Positions 17,491 to 25,463 of a stretch of DNA of 34,853 nucleotides are shown here, piece after piece (position 1 is the first letter of the stretch; every line of letters starts with the position of its first letter). Origin of the DNA: a virus. The notes beneath the pieces were generated by a model. That model saw nothing but the letters and a program-made list of their open reading frames with translations, searched no databases and had not been told where the DNA came from. The DNA is taken from the IMG/VR virus record IMGVR_UViG_3300021184_000001, positions 1-34,853 of that record; one strand, written 5' to 3'. Position numbers and translations under genes: made by a program.

Positions 17491-18013
17491 ACCGGCAGCA
17501 ACCTTGGACCGCCAGGGCCCGTGGCTGCTGCTGCAGTCGCCCACACCCGAGGAGGTCGCACTGCACGAGCGGCGCAGCCGCGTCCTGCGGGGGTGGACGA
17601 TCGCTTACTTCCTGGTCGGCGCCGTCCTCGTCAACATTGTGGTGTTCAACGCGGTCCAGCAGTTCAGGCTCGGCGACGTAGGGATGGGTCTCCTCCTGAC
17701 GTGGATGGTCCTGCAGATGACTGTCTTCGTCGTCCACCTCGTGATCGGCATTCCCGGGCTGCTGGCCGGAGCGCATGCCACCGACGCGGTCGCGTGCTTC
17801 GTGCACCTGCGCCAGCGCCACGCCGAAGGCAGCGACCAGTTCGCGAAGGCGTTCCACCCCGAGGGCCCCCTCGACGTGGAGGGTGTCCCCTCAGAGCATG
17901 CCGCCGAGTACATGCTGTTGGCGCAGCGGGCGGCCGAGGGCGAGCGGTACTTGGAGGCGCTGCGGCAGCGGTTGGACGAGCTGCGCGGGAACGAGGTCGA
18001 GCCCGATGCATGA
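17483..18013 (+). CDS. 2-TM membrane protein
   Basis: Two TM segments plus coiled C-terminus. Confidence 0.7.
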   Translation: MIEPAATLDRQGPWLLLQSPTPEEVALHERRSRVLRGWTIAYFLVGAVLVNIVVFNAVQQFRLGDVGMGLLLTWMVLQMTVFVVHLVIGIPGLLAGAHATDAVACFVHLRQRHAEGSDQFAKAFHPEGPLDVEGVPSEHAAEYMLLAQRAAEGERYLEALRQRLDELRGNEVEPDA

Positions 18014-18335
18014 GCGCAGCAACCGCAGGCGATGGTTCGAGTCGCTCCTTATCACGATGGGCGGCATGGCCGGTTGCACCGCGACGTTCGCCGTGGTGAG
18101 CATCCTGTTCCCGGTGTCGTACTCGGCCGAGGAGATCCGTACGGGCGCCGTCGCGTACCTGATGGGGACGGGCGGATGCTTCCTGCTGGTCCATTCGATC
18201 AGCCAGGCGGTGGAGTTGCACCTGGAGATGCGCGCCGAGGCGCGCGAGCGCCCCGAGCGCGAGCGAAAGATCGAACAGGCCCGGCAGGCGGCCGAGGCTG
18301 AGGCTGCCGCGCGTGGGAGGGACCGCGATGTTTAG
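18006..18335 (+). CDS. 2-TM membrane protein
   Basis: GAGG RBS. Two TM segments plus charged coiled tail. Confidence 0.65.
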   Translation: MHERSNRRRWFESLLITMGGMAGCTATFAVVSILFPVSYSAEEIRTGAVAYLMGTGGCFLLVHSISQAVELHLEMRAEARERPERERKIEQARQAAEAEAAARGRDRDV

Positions 18336-18576
18336 CTGGTTGCGGCTGCGGCACCTGCGGCGCAAGGCCGAGAAGCTGGAACGCCAGGAGCAGCGGCGCT
18401 GGCGCCAGCGGCGTGCTGGCGGTGGCTCGATCACCATCACGGCTTCGGGTCCCGGCACGGTCATCGCCGCCAACACCATCAACGGCAACCTCACCATCAC
18501 AAACAGCCGAATCGACATCGAGAACACACAGGGACGCCACGTCGACGAACCCCGCAATGGTGAAGAATCGACCTAA
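18328..18576 (+). CDS. hypothetical protein with short beta-rich repeat
   Basis: GGAGG RBS. SITITASGPGTVIAANTINGNLTIT. Confidence 0.6.
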   Translation: MFSWLRLRHLRRKAEKLERQEQRRWRQRRAGGGSITITASGPGTVIAANTINGNLTITNSRIDIENTQGRHVDEPRNGEEST

Positions 18577-18596
18577 ATGTGCGGTAAGTTCGCGCG

Positions 18597-18800
18597 ATGG
18601 CCAAAGAGATCACCATCATCAACGCTGACCGGGGCACCTTCCGGCTGCTCATCGACGGCGTCGAGGTCCCTGGGATTGGACGCAGCGTCCTGCAGGAGAG
18701 TGTGGAAGTGCTGGCGCGAAGAGGGCATTCCCTCGTGCGCCTGGAACTGATCGCCGAGCAGGTCATGGTCGCCAACGAACCGGCGGCAGCGGTCGCATGA
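18597..18800 (+). CDS. small hypothetical protein
   Basis: Coupled to next gene. LLIDGVEVP. Confidence 0.6.
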   Translation: MAKEITIINADRGTFRLLIDGVEVPGIGRSVLQESVEVLARRGHSLVRLELIAEQVMVANEPAAAVA

Positions 18801-18991
18801 GCGCGCACGTCAACGACCGGCGTCCGAATTTCCGCAATGCGGAGGGCCGGTTTTTCCTGGTGCGCTGCTTCGCGTGCCAACCCGCGCGCGGGTGCGAGAA
18901 CCTGGCGACGAGCGTGTACCAGGGCGTCTGCGCCTGGTGCGGCTGGAGTGCCGAGCAATCCGACAACGACGACAAGGACCCGCTGACGTAG
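18797..18991 (+). CDS. small Zn-ribbon protein
   Basis: LVRCFAC...EN.A..V..GVCAWCGW. Confidence 0.7.
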   Translation: MSAHVNDRRPNFRNAEGRFFLVRCFACQPARGCENLATSVYQGVCAWCGWSAEQSDNDDKDPLT

Positions 18992-19017
18992 ACGGGGCCG
19001 ACCTCAAGGAGGAACAC

Positions 19018-19569
19018 ATGCTGGTAGAACTGGTGCCACTGCTGGACGACGGCACGCGTGACGAATCTCTGCAGTCGATGACCGTGGACGCCTCGCAGGT
19101 GCAGGCCAGCTTCCCGGCCGTGAACGGCCAGGAGCAGGAGGTGCGGCGCCTGAGCCTGTTCCGCGACGCCCAGCGCCTGTTCGAGGCCGACCCGGCGGTG
19201 TGGGAGCGCATGCAGAACCTCATGAGCATGCAGCGCGGGGGCGCCCAGACGTACTGGCCCGAACCCAAGGCGTACGAGCCGCAGCCGCAGATGCGCCGCG
19301 AGCTCCACCCCATCCTCGACGAGCTGCACGAGCGGCTGTTCCCCGACGGCCTGGCGCCGTCGGTGACCCAGATCCTGGTCGCGCCCGAGGATGCGACGAT
19401 CTCGTTCGGGAACGCCGTGGACTGGACCATCTGGCACCTGAACCCTGCGTCTGCGGACGGCGCGGTCTACAACAACGGGCAGCCGTTCGGGGACCCGCTG
19501 ATCGAGGTGTGGCGCGACGAGGACGCCGATCCGTGGCCCGATGTCGAGGTCGTCCATGAGCGGCCTTGA
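19018..19569 (+). CDS. hypothetical protein
   Basis: AAGGAGG RBS. Overlaps the helicase start. Confidence 0.7.
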   Translation: MLVELVPLLDDGTRDESLQSMTVDASQVQASFPAVNGQEQEVRRLSLFRDAQRLFEADPAVWERMQNLMSMQRGGAQTYWPEPKAYEPQPQMRRELHPILDELHERLFPDGLAPSVTQILVAPEDATISFGNAVDWTIWHLNPASADGAVYNNGQPFGDPLIEVWRDEDADPWPDVEVVHERP

Positions 19570-21835
19570 TCTCACCTTCGAAGTCCAAAAGCCCCTGCCG
19601 CTGTTCAAGAACGCGCCCCGCCCTGGCCGGGAGGCGTCCGCCGACACCAGCGGGGCGATGCGCGCCGTGGTTGAACGGGTCACGTTCACCTCGGCCGAGT
19701 CAGGCTGGTCGGTCCTGTCCATCCGCTGCCCCGACGGCCAGATCGAGAAGGCCGTCGGACCGATGCTGGACCCGCACGAGGGCGACATGGTCGCCCTCCA
19801 CGGCGAGTGGGTCGAGGACGCCAAATGGGGGCGCCAGTTCAAGTTCACCAGCTACGCCCCGCAGCTGCCCACTGATGCGGCGCAGGCCGAGGAGTACCTC
19901 GCCAAGGGCCGCATCAAGGGCATCGGCCCGAGCATCGCCCGGCGGATCGTGGAACGCTTCGGCGACGACACGCTCCGCATCCTCGACGAGGAGATCGGGC
20001 GGCTGATCGAGGTCAAGGGGATCAGCCCCAAGAAGCTGGAAGTGATCGCCGAGGGCTGGGCGCTCCTGGCCAAGCAGCACGGCATCGCGCTGGCACTGGT
20101 CGAGGTGGGGGCGTCGACGTCGCTGGCGTCGGCAATCTGGGAGGCGTTCGGCGCCGACGGCGCGGCCATGATCAAAACCAACCCGTACGCGCTCACCAAA
20201 GCAAAAGGCGTCGGGTTCACCACCTGCGACAAGATCGCCATGGGGGCTCTGGGCTGGGAGCGCAGCGACCCCAGGCGCGTGAGCGCCGGGCTGGCCTACA
20301 CGCTGGAGACCGCACAGTCCGACGGGCACTGCTACCTGCCGATCGCGGTGCTCGTCGAGCAAGCGACGCGGCTGCTGGGAGTGCGGGCCGACGCCTGCGC
20401 GGCGGCCGTGGCCGTCGCCGTCGGCGAGGAGCGCGTGGTCGTGGAGGAGGAGCGGGCCTACACCAGCCACATGCACTACCTCGAATCCGACCTGGCGCAG
20501 CAGCTGCGGCGCCTCGCCGGGGCGACCGTGGTCCCCCCCTCGCCCCCGCAGCAGGCGCAGATCGAAAGCCTCCTGGCCGAACGAGGACTCACCACCGAGC
20601 AGGAGCAAGCGGTGCGGGCGGTCCTGGAGCAGCCGTTGACGGTCCTCACCGGCGGCCCCGGCGTGGGCAAATCCCACACCGTGGCCACGGTGGCGCTGGC
20701 CGCCGCGATCTGCCGGTGGCGGGTGGAGTTGTGCGCCCCCACCGGACGGGCTGCCAAGCGCATGTCCGAGCTCGCCGACGGCGCACCGGCCGCGACGGTG
20801 CACCGCCTTATCGGGCTGGGCACCGGCGAGAACGGGGGCGTGCGTGTCGGCCCCGAAGACCCGCTGAGCGCCGACCTGGTGGTGTGCGACGAGTCCTCGA
20901 TGCTCGACGTTTCGCTCGCGCGGTACCTGACGCGGGCGATCAAGCGCGGTGCGCGGCTGCTGCTGGTCGGCGACATCGACCAGCTGCCCTCGGTCGGGCC
21001 CGGGAGTGTGCTGCGCGACCTCATCGCCTCCGGCGCGGCCCGCACGACCGCGCTGACGCAGATCTTCCGGCAGAAGGCGGCCTCGGGGATCGTCCAGGTC
21101 GCCCACCAGGTCAACGCCGGAACCTACCCGCAGCTCAAAGGCTGGCCCGACCTGCACTTCTGGTCGATCACCGACGCCGATGCGGCAGCGGAGGGGGTGG
21201 TGGAGATGGTCTGCAAGCGCATCCCGGGGAAGTTCGCCGCCGACGGCATCGGCGCGGGCGACATCCAGGTGCTCACCCCGCAGCGGAAAGGCTCCTGCGG
21301 CGTCAACGCGTTGAACGCGCGCCTGCAGGCCGAGCTCAACCCCTCCCAGGGCATCGAGTACGACGCCAGCATCGGTGAGGACCGGGTCGTCTACCGTCCC
21401 GGCGATCGCGTCATGGTCGTCAAGAACAACTACGAGAAGGGCCCCGAGGAGTGGGGCTCCCCTGCCGGGGTCTTCAACGGCACTCCGGCGCGGGTGGTGA
21501 GCGTGGACCCCGCAGGCGGCGACGAGGCCGTCGTCATCGAGACCGATGAAGGGCACACCATCGCTTACGCGGCCAGCGAGATCCGCGAGCTGGCGCTGGC
21601 GTACGCGATCACCATCCACAAGAGCCAGGGGTCGCAGTATCCATGCGTGGTCATCCCGGTGACGATGCAGTCCTATCAGATGCTGGTGCGAAACCTGATC
21701 TACACGGCCATCACGCGAGCACAGTCGCGGGTGGTGCTCGTGGGTTCCCCGAGGGCCTTGGCGAAGGCCGTGACGACGGTGAGCGCGGCGAAGCGCTACA
21801 CGGGTCTGGCCGAAAGGGTCGCGGCACACCGCTAA
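19556..21835 (+). CDS. recD2: ATP-dependent RecD2-like SF1B DNA helicase
   Basis: N-terminal OB fold (VERVTF...WGRQF), HhH (IKGIGP, VKGI), NPY.L, Walker A TGGPGVGKS, APTGRAAKRM, DESSMLD, GDIDQLPSVGPG, LTQIFRQ, AYAITIHKSQGS, YTAITRA. Confidence 0.96.
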   Translation: MSGLDLTFEVQKPLPLFKNAPRPGREASADTSGAMRAVVERVTFTSAESGWSVLSIRCPDGQIEKAVGPMLDPHEGDMVALHGEWVEDAKWGRQFKFTSYAPQLPTDAAQAEEYLAKGRIKGIGPSIARRIVERFGDDTLRILDEEIGRLIEVKGISPKKLEVIAEGWALLAKQHGIALALVEVGASTSLASAIWEAFGADGAAMIKTNPYALTKAKGVGFTTCDKIAMGALGWERSDPRRVSAGLAYTLETAQSDGHCYLPIAVLVEQATRLLGVRADACAAAVAVAVGEERVVVEEERAYTSHMHYLESDLAQQLRRLAGATVVPPSPPQQAQIESLLAERGLTTEQEQAVRAVLEQPLTVLTGGPGVGKSHTVATVALAAAICRWRVELCAPTGRAAKRMSELADGAPAATVHRLIGLGTGENGGVRVGPEDPLSADLVVCDESSMLDVSLARYLTRAIKRGARLLLVGDIDQLPSVGPGSVLRDLIASGAARTTALTQIFRQKAASGIVQVAHQVNAGTYPQLKGWPDLHFWSITDADAAAEGVVEMVCKRIPGKFAADGIGAGDIQVLTPQRKGSCGVNALNARLQAELNPSQGIEYDASIGEDRVVYRPGDRVMVVKNNYEKGPEEWGSPAGVFNGTPARVVSVDPAGGDEAVVIETDEGHTIAYAASEIRELALAYAITIHKSQGSQYPCVVIPVTMQSYQMLVRNLIYTAITRAQSRVVLVGSPRALAKAVTTVSAAKRYTGLAERVAAHR

Positions 21836-21927
21836 AGCAATACCCCAATCGAACTGGAATGTCCGATAATGAGAGACATCGCCGCTTTCGCGGCGTCTTG
21901 AGTTCTCGTTCCAGTGAGAGGCCGGGC

Positions 21928-22383
21928 ATGTATCCCCGCGACTACGAAGCGCTGATCGGCGCACGGATCATGGCGATCTACATGGGCGAGGAGCAGCTCA
22001 TCTTCGACACCGACCGGGGACTGGTCGGCTACTGCGTCGAAGGTGACTGCTGCTCCCGCTCCTACTTCCACGATTTCTACGGCGTGAAAAACCTGCTCGC
22101 CCGTGAACTGGTCACCGGCTTCGAGGCCGTCGACCTCTCCCCCGGCGACCCGGGCTACCGGCCCGAGACGTGGGAGCAGGGCGTGGGCATCGTCGACTAC
22201 GACGAGGTCCAGGTCTACGGGTACCGGCTCACCACCAGCAGCGTCGCCTTCGGGCCCGTCTCGGCCGTCGTCTCCTTCCGCAACGCCTCCAACGGCTACT
22301 ACGGCGGCGACATGTACCGCATCTCGGACCCGGCCATCGGGCCACACGTCAAGCTCATCACCAAGGACGTGACCGGGCCATGA
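21928..22383 (+). CDS. conserved phage-type hypothetical protein
   Basis: GDCCS and RNASNGYYGG motifs. GAGAGG RBS. Confidence 0.75.
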   Translation: MYPRDYEALIGARIMAIYMGEEQLIFDTDRGLVGYCVEGDCCSRSYFHDFYGVKNLLARELVTGFEAVDLSPGDPGYRPETWEQGVGIVDYDEVQVYGYRLTTSSVAFGPVSAVVSFRNASNGYYGGDMYRISDPAIGPHVKLITKDVTGP

Positions 22384-22616
22384 GCATGCCGCAAGGCACC
22401 AGCGAGGTGCTCGCCGCCATCGAGGCCTACGCCGAGGACTGCCGTCGCGCGTACGCGGCCAGCCTGCAGCCGCTCCCCGCCATCGTCCCGCCGCAGCTGT
22501 ACGACGCCATCAAAGCGGCCGTCGCCGAAGGGAGCGCCCCGGAATGGGTGGTCTGGCGGTGGAACGCGGGCCTCTTCGTGCCCACCGAGCGGCTCCTGAT
22601 CGACGAGGGCCTGTGA
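22380..22616 (+). CDS. hypothetical protein
   Basis: Coupled at both ends. Confidence 0.6.
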   Translation: MSMPQGTSEVLAAIEAYAEDCRRAYAASLQPLPAIVPPQLYDAIKAAVAEGSAPEWVVWRWNAGLFVPTERLLIDEGL

Positions 22617-23125
22617 TGGGCCAGCGCACCACCAAGGCCGAGCGGCGCAACGCACGGGCCCGATTCGTGCGCGGGTGCCGCGAGTGGGGAATCGCCCGTA
22701 CCGCACGACTCATGCGCGACGACCCCGACCTGCAGCGGCTACCGCTGGCACTGGCGGTGGCGATCCCACCCGAGATCATCGCTCCCGTGCCCGTAGGCAA
22801 CCACTGGTTCGACCACGCGCCGTTCCGTGGCCAGTACGTGCCTGCCACCGGCGAGGTCTTCGACGCGCCCTACAACGAACCGCTCCCCGAGCCGATCACC
22901 AAGGCCATACCGGGCATACTCGACGGTCTCTACCGCACCCTGCTGCGCCCGCAGCTGGAACGGATGGGCCTCGACCCCAAGGACTACGTCCTTGCCTTCA
23001 CCGCCAGCGGTACCAGCATCGATGCCTACACGATGCCCGGTCCGCCGTTGGCCTACGAACCTCCTGCCACACCCTCCGCAACCGACTGGGCCTGGGAGCC
23101 ACCGACACCGCTGGAGGAAGCATGA
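22616..23125 (+). CDS. Pro-rich hypothetical protein
   Basis: TGATG and ATGA coupling. Confidence 0.6.
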   Translation: MGQRTTKAERRNARARFVRGCREWGIARTARLMRDDPDLQRLPLALAVAIPPEIIAPVPVGNHWFDHAPFRGQYVPATGEVFDAPYNEPLPEPITKAIPGILDGLYRTLLRPQLERMGLDPKDYVLAFTASGTSIDAYTMPGPPLAYEPPATPSATDWAWEPPTPLEEA

Positions 23126-23355
23126 CCGCCTGGCTCGACCGGATCGCCATCGAGGAGTTCACCGAGACCGTCCCCCGTGAGCGCAGCAGCGTAGCCGAAC
23201 CGGGCCGGTGCGGCGCGCTCACCGCCCGCGCCTTCCAGGGCCGCTACCCCCACGGCTGCCTGCGCGAGAACGCCCATCAAGGCGCGCACGCGCCCGGGGA
23301 GCGCACCGCCGCGCGCCTGGACGATGCGGCCCGGCGCCGGGCCCACCACTCGTGA
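23122..23355 (+). CDS. small protein with C..C-x5-H-x3-H motif
   Basis: GGAGG RBS. RCGA...GCLRENAHQGAH. Confidence 0.6.
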   Translation: MTAWLDRIAIEEFTETVPRERSSVAEPGRCGALTARAFQGRYPHGCLRENAHQGAHAPGERTAARLDDAARRRAHHS

Positions 23356-23497
23356 AGGTCCCTCGCGTGACCGGCGGCGGGTGCGGTAGAGTCGGTGCTG
23401 CGTCGCGCCTGGCGCACGCACGACCTCCGTCGGGCAAAGAAAAAATACTCTCATTTCGGGATTGACGCGGTTTTTTCACAGGCGCACCACTACTTGT

Positions 23498-23773
23498 GTC
23501 CCTCGCGGGACGCGGGGCCCGATGCCTTGATCATGGGTGTCCACATGGAATGCGGGGCGCGGTAGTCGAAGCCTGCCGCGCCCTCAGTGGCGTCACGCTG
23601 TGATCTGCAGCATCCCCCCCACCAGGGGATCGGCGTCTGCAACCGCCGTACTTCTGGCAAGACCGTGCTCCTGACGGCGGCACCGGGGCGCAGCGAGTGG
23701 AAACGCTGCGCCCCACCCATACGACCGAGGGCCGCCAGCACCGCGCTGGCGGCCCTCGGTCGTACCATGGGTG
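23498..23773 (+). ncRNA. candidate structured non-coding RNA / leader
   Basis: No credible ORF. At least six hairpins, a possible long-range ATGGGTG/CACCCAT pairing, and an upstream A/T tract with TTGACG at 23462. Confidence 0.35.
23720..23764. terminator. perfect 20-bp hairpin
   Basis: TACGACCGAGGGCCGCCAGC-ACCGC-GCTGGCGGCCCTCGGTCGTA. Confidence 0.7.
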
Positions 23774-23818
23774 AAACAATCTCACCGCGCGGTCACGCGC
23801 CCCTCTAAAGGAGCTCTC

Positions 23819-24100
23819 ATGCCCCCCGTTCACGGCTACCAGCAGAACAAGACCCTCGGCCGCGCCTACCTGTGGTACTGGACCCTCGGATGGGTCGGCG
23901 GACACCACTACTACCTGGGCAACACGCCGCGCGGCGTGGCGTACAGCTTCTCGTTCGGCGGCCTGTTCATGCTGTGGTTCATCGACATGTTCCGCATGGA
24001 CCGCCTGGTGCGCGAGTCCAACCAGGACATCAACCTGAAGAACACGGCCGCGAACACCGCCCTCATCGCGCAGCAGCAGCGGCAGCAGCCCCCGCTCTAG
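23819..24100 (+). CDS. TM2 domain membrane protein
   Basis: K....AYL....LGWVGGHHYYLG....G..Y....G...LWFIDMF.M..LV..SN. AAGGAG RBS. Confidence 0.88.
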   Translation: MPPVHGYQQNKTLGRAYLWYWTLGWVGGHHYYLGNTPRGVAYSFSFGGLFMLWFIDMFRMDRLVRESNQDINLKNTAANTALIAQQQRQQPPL

Positions 24101-24156
24101 CGTCGGTCGCGACTGCTACAGTCGTCTCACCGATTTTCATTTCACCTTTCTTGGCC

Positions 24157-24187
24157 TGGGGCGCAGCGTTCGAACCGTTGCGCCCCA
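24157..24187. repeat. palindromic hairpin related to those at 23554-23584 and 23685-23714
   Basis: TGGGGCGCAGCG-TTCGAAC-CGTTGCGCCCCA. Confidence 0.65.
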
Positions 24188-24197
24188 CAAAAACCCG

Positions 24198-24226
24198 TTG
24201 GCGCTGGCGCCCCCTGGCGGTATGGT
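24198..24226 (+). promoter_or_regulatory. putative sigma70-type promoter of the tRNA array
   Basis: TTGGCG-17nt-TATGGT, 30 nt upstream of the first tRNA. Confidence 0.5.
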
Positions 24227-24256
24227 CTGGAGGCGGCCGACTCCCGGCCGCGACCG

Positions 24257-24328
24257 GCTCGGGTGGCGCAATGGCAGCGCATCGGTGTCACGTACCGAGG
24301 GTTGGGGGTTCAAATCCCTCCCTGAGCA
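24257..24328 (+). tRNA. tRNA-Val(CAC)
   Basis: Acceptor GCTCGGG/CCTGAGC, anticodon arm TCGGT-GTCACGT-ACCGA, T arm GGGGG-TTCAAAT-CCCTC, A73. Confidence 0.8.
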
Positions 24329-24374
24329 CACCACCACACCATCGCGTAAGGTGACGGTGACAGAACATGAACAC

Positions 24375-24448
24375 GCCCGGGTAGCCCAATCGGCAGAGGC
24401 AGCGGCTTCAAACACCGCACAGTGTGGGTTCGACCCCCACCCTGGGTA
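24375..24448 (+). tRNA. tRNA-Leu(CAA), short variable arm type
   Basis: Acceptor GCCCGGG/CCTGGGT, D arm GCCCAATCGGCAGAGGC, loop TTCAAAC, T arm GTGGG-TTCGACC-CCCAC. Confidence 0.85.
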
Positions 24449-24522
24449 CGAGGCCGGTGAAAAACCCGGACAGGGGTCAAGCGGGCCCCCTACCGTTCGA
24501 GTCGGATCAAAGGCCGCCCTAC

Positions 24523-24595
24523 GCCCAGGTAGCTCAACGGACAGAGCATCCGGTTCCGGACCGGAAGGTTGCAGGTTCGAATCCTGCCTTGGGCA
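24523..24595 (+). tRNA. tRNA-Arg(CCG)
   Basis: Acceptor GCCCAGG/CTTGGGC, TCCGG-TTCCGGA-CCGGA, GCAGG-TTCGAAT-CCTGC. Confidence 0.95.
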
Positions 24596-24596
24596 C

Positions 24597-24669
24597 GCGG
24601 CAGTAGCTCAGCTGGTAGAGCGTCTGGCTTCCAACCAGAAGGTCTCGGGTTCGATCCCCGGTTGCCGCT
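24597..24669 (+). tRNA. tRNA-Gly(TCC)
   Basis: Acceptor GCGGCAG/TTGCCGC, TCTGG-CTTCCAA-CCAGA, U73. Confidence 0.93.
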
Positions 24670-24670
24670 C

Positions 24671-24741
24671 GCCCTCGTAGCTCAGTGGCAGAGCGCTCGC
24701 TTCGTAAGCGAGTGACCGGAGTTCGATTCCCCGCGAGGGCT
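24671..24741 (+). tRNA. tRNA-Thr(CGT)
   Basis: Acceptor GCCCTCG/CGAGGGC, CTCGC-TTCGTAA-GCGAG. Confidence 0.92.
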
Positions 24742-24782
24742 CCCGCAGGGACCGGCGCCAGCGCCCGCACGCTGGCGCCTTC

Positions 24783-24856
24783 CGGGCTGTGGCGCAGTTT
24801 GGTAGCGCACCCGCTTTGGGAGCGGGGGGTCGCAGGTTCGAATCCTGTCAGCCCGA
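24783..24856 (+). tRNA. tRNA-Pro(TGG)
   Basis: Acceptor CGGGCTG/CAGCCCG, CCCGC-TTTGGGA-GCGGG, GCAGG-TTCGAAT-CCTGT. Confidence 0.96.
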
Positions 24857-25019
24857 CGTGGGCCTCGGAGGTTGGGGTGTCTCCGGGGCCCTTTCCTTGT
24901 GCCCTTGGGCCCGCTATGCTGGCCGCTAACGATCCTCACATTCGGTAGCGAGTCGAACGCGCATTAGCTGCCTGGTAGGTCTACGCTGAACTATTCACAT
25001 GAGGCCACAACAAGGAACG

Positions 25020-25463
25020 ATGATCGACCCGAAGCCGGACATGGGCGGCTGGAGCGCCGAGATGCGCCCCGCCAGCTTCATCCTGCACGCCCCCCTGGGC
25101 CCCGACGGCACGCCCGAGCACCGATTCCGGCGCACCGGACGCGCCTGGTCGATCGAACGCGCCGAGGTCGCACCGATCCTGGCCGTCCTGCGCGACGCCA
25201 CCCGCTGGTTCTGCACCGTGTGGCAGTTCAACCCCGAGAACGGCTACCTCTTCGGCATCAACTCAGGCCTGTCCGCGCGCCATGACGCCACCCACGTGCA
25301 CCTGCGCGCTGAACGCTGGTGCGCGTGGGCGCCCTCGACGCACCGCCTCCAGCTGCCCTACACCGACTTGCAGGTGCTGCGCTACCGGCTGCGATGTCAG
25401 CAGCAGTCGATGCGCCGCTCCGCCCGCAGAAAGGAAGTCGATGAGCTTCACGCCCACCGCTGA
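25020..25463 (+). CDS. hypothetical protein
   Basis: AAGGA RBS. Overlaps the helicase start. Confidence 0.6.
   Translation: MIDPKPDMGGWSAEMRPASFILHAPLGPDGTPEHRFRRTGRAWSIERAEVAPILAVLRDATRWFCTVWQFNPENGYLFGINSGLSARHDATHVHLRAERWCAWAPSTHRLQLPYTDLQVLRYRLRCQQQSMRRSARRKEVDELHAHR

Noticed and set aside
19700-21964. 754-aa minus-strand ORF (likewise 25258..26703, 5987..7075, 10423..11631, 12957..13961, 30144..31121)
   Set aside because: Antisense shadows of motif-supported + strand genes, expected in high-GC DNA.
23611-23630. 6C RNA (C-run hairpin)
   Set aside because: Only one C-run, and it forms the stem rather than two C-rich loops.
24402-24418. Possible TCA (opal suppressor/Sec) anticodon in CTTCAAA
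   Set aside because: Stem register GCGG/CCGC places CAA at positions 34-36, and the body matches short-arm actinobacterial tRNA-Leu.
24198-24948. ORFs 24198..24680, 24424..24606, 24685..24948 and their antisense partners
   Set aside because: They overlap well-formed tRNA genes.
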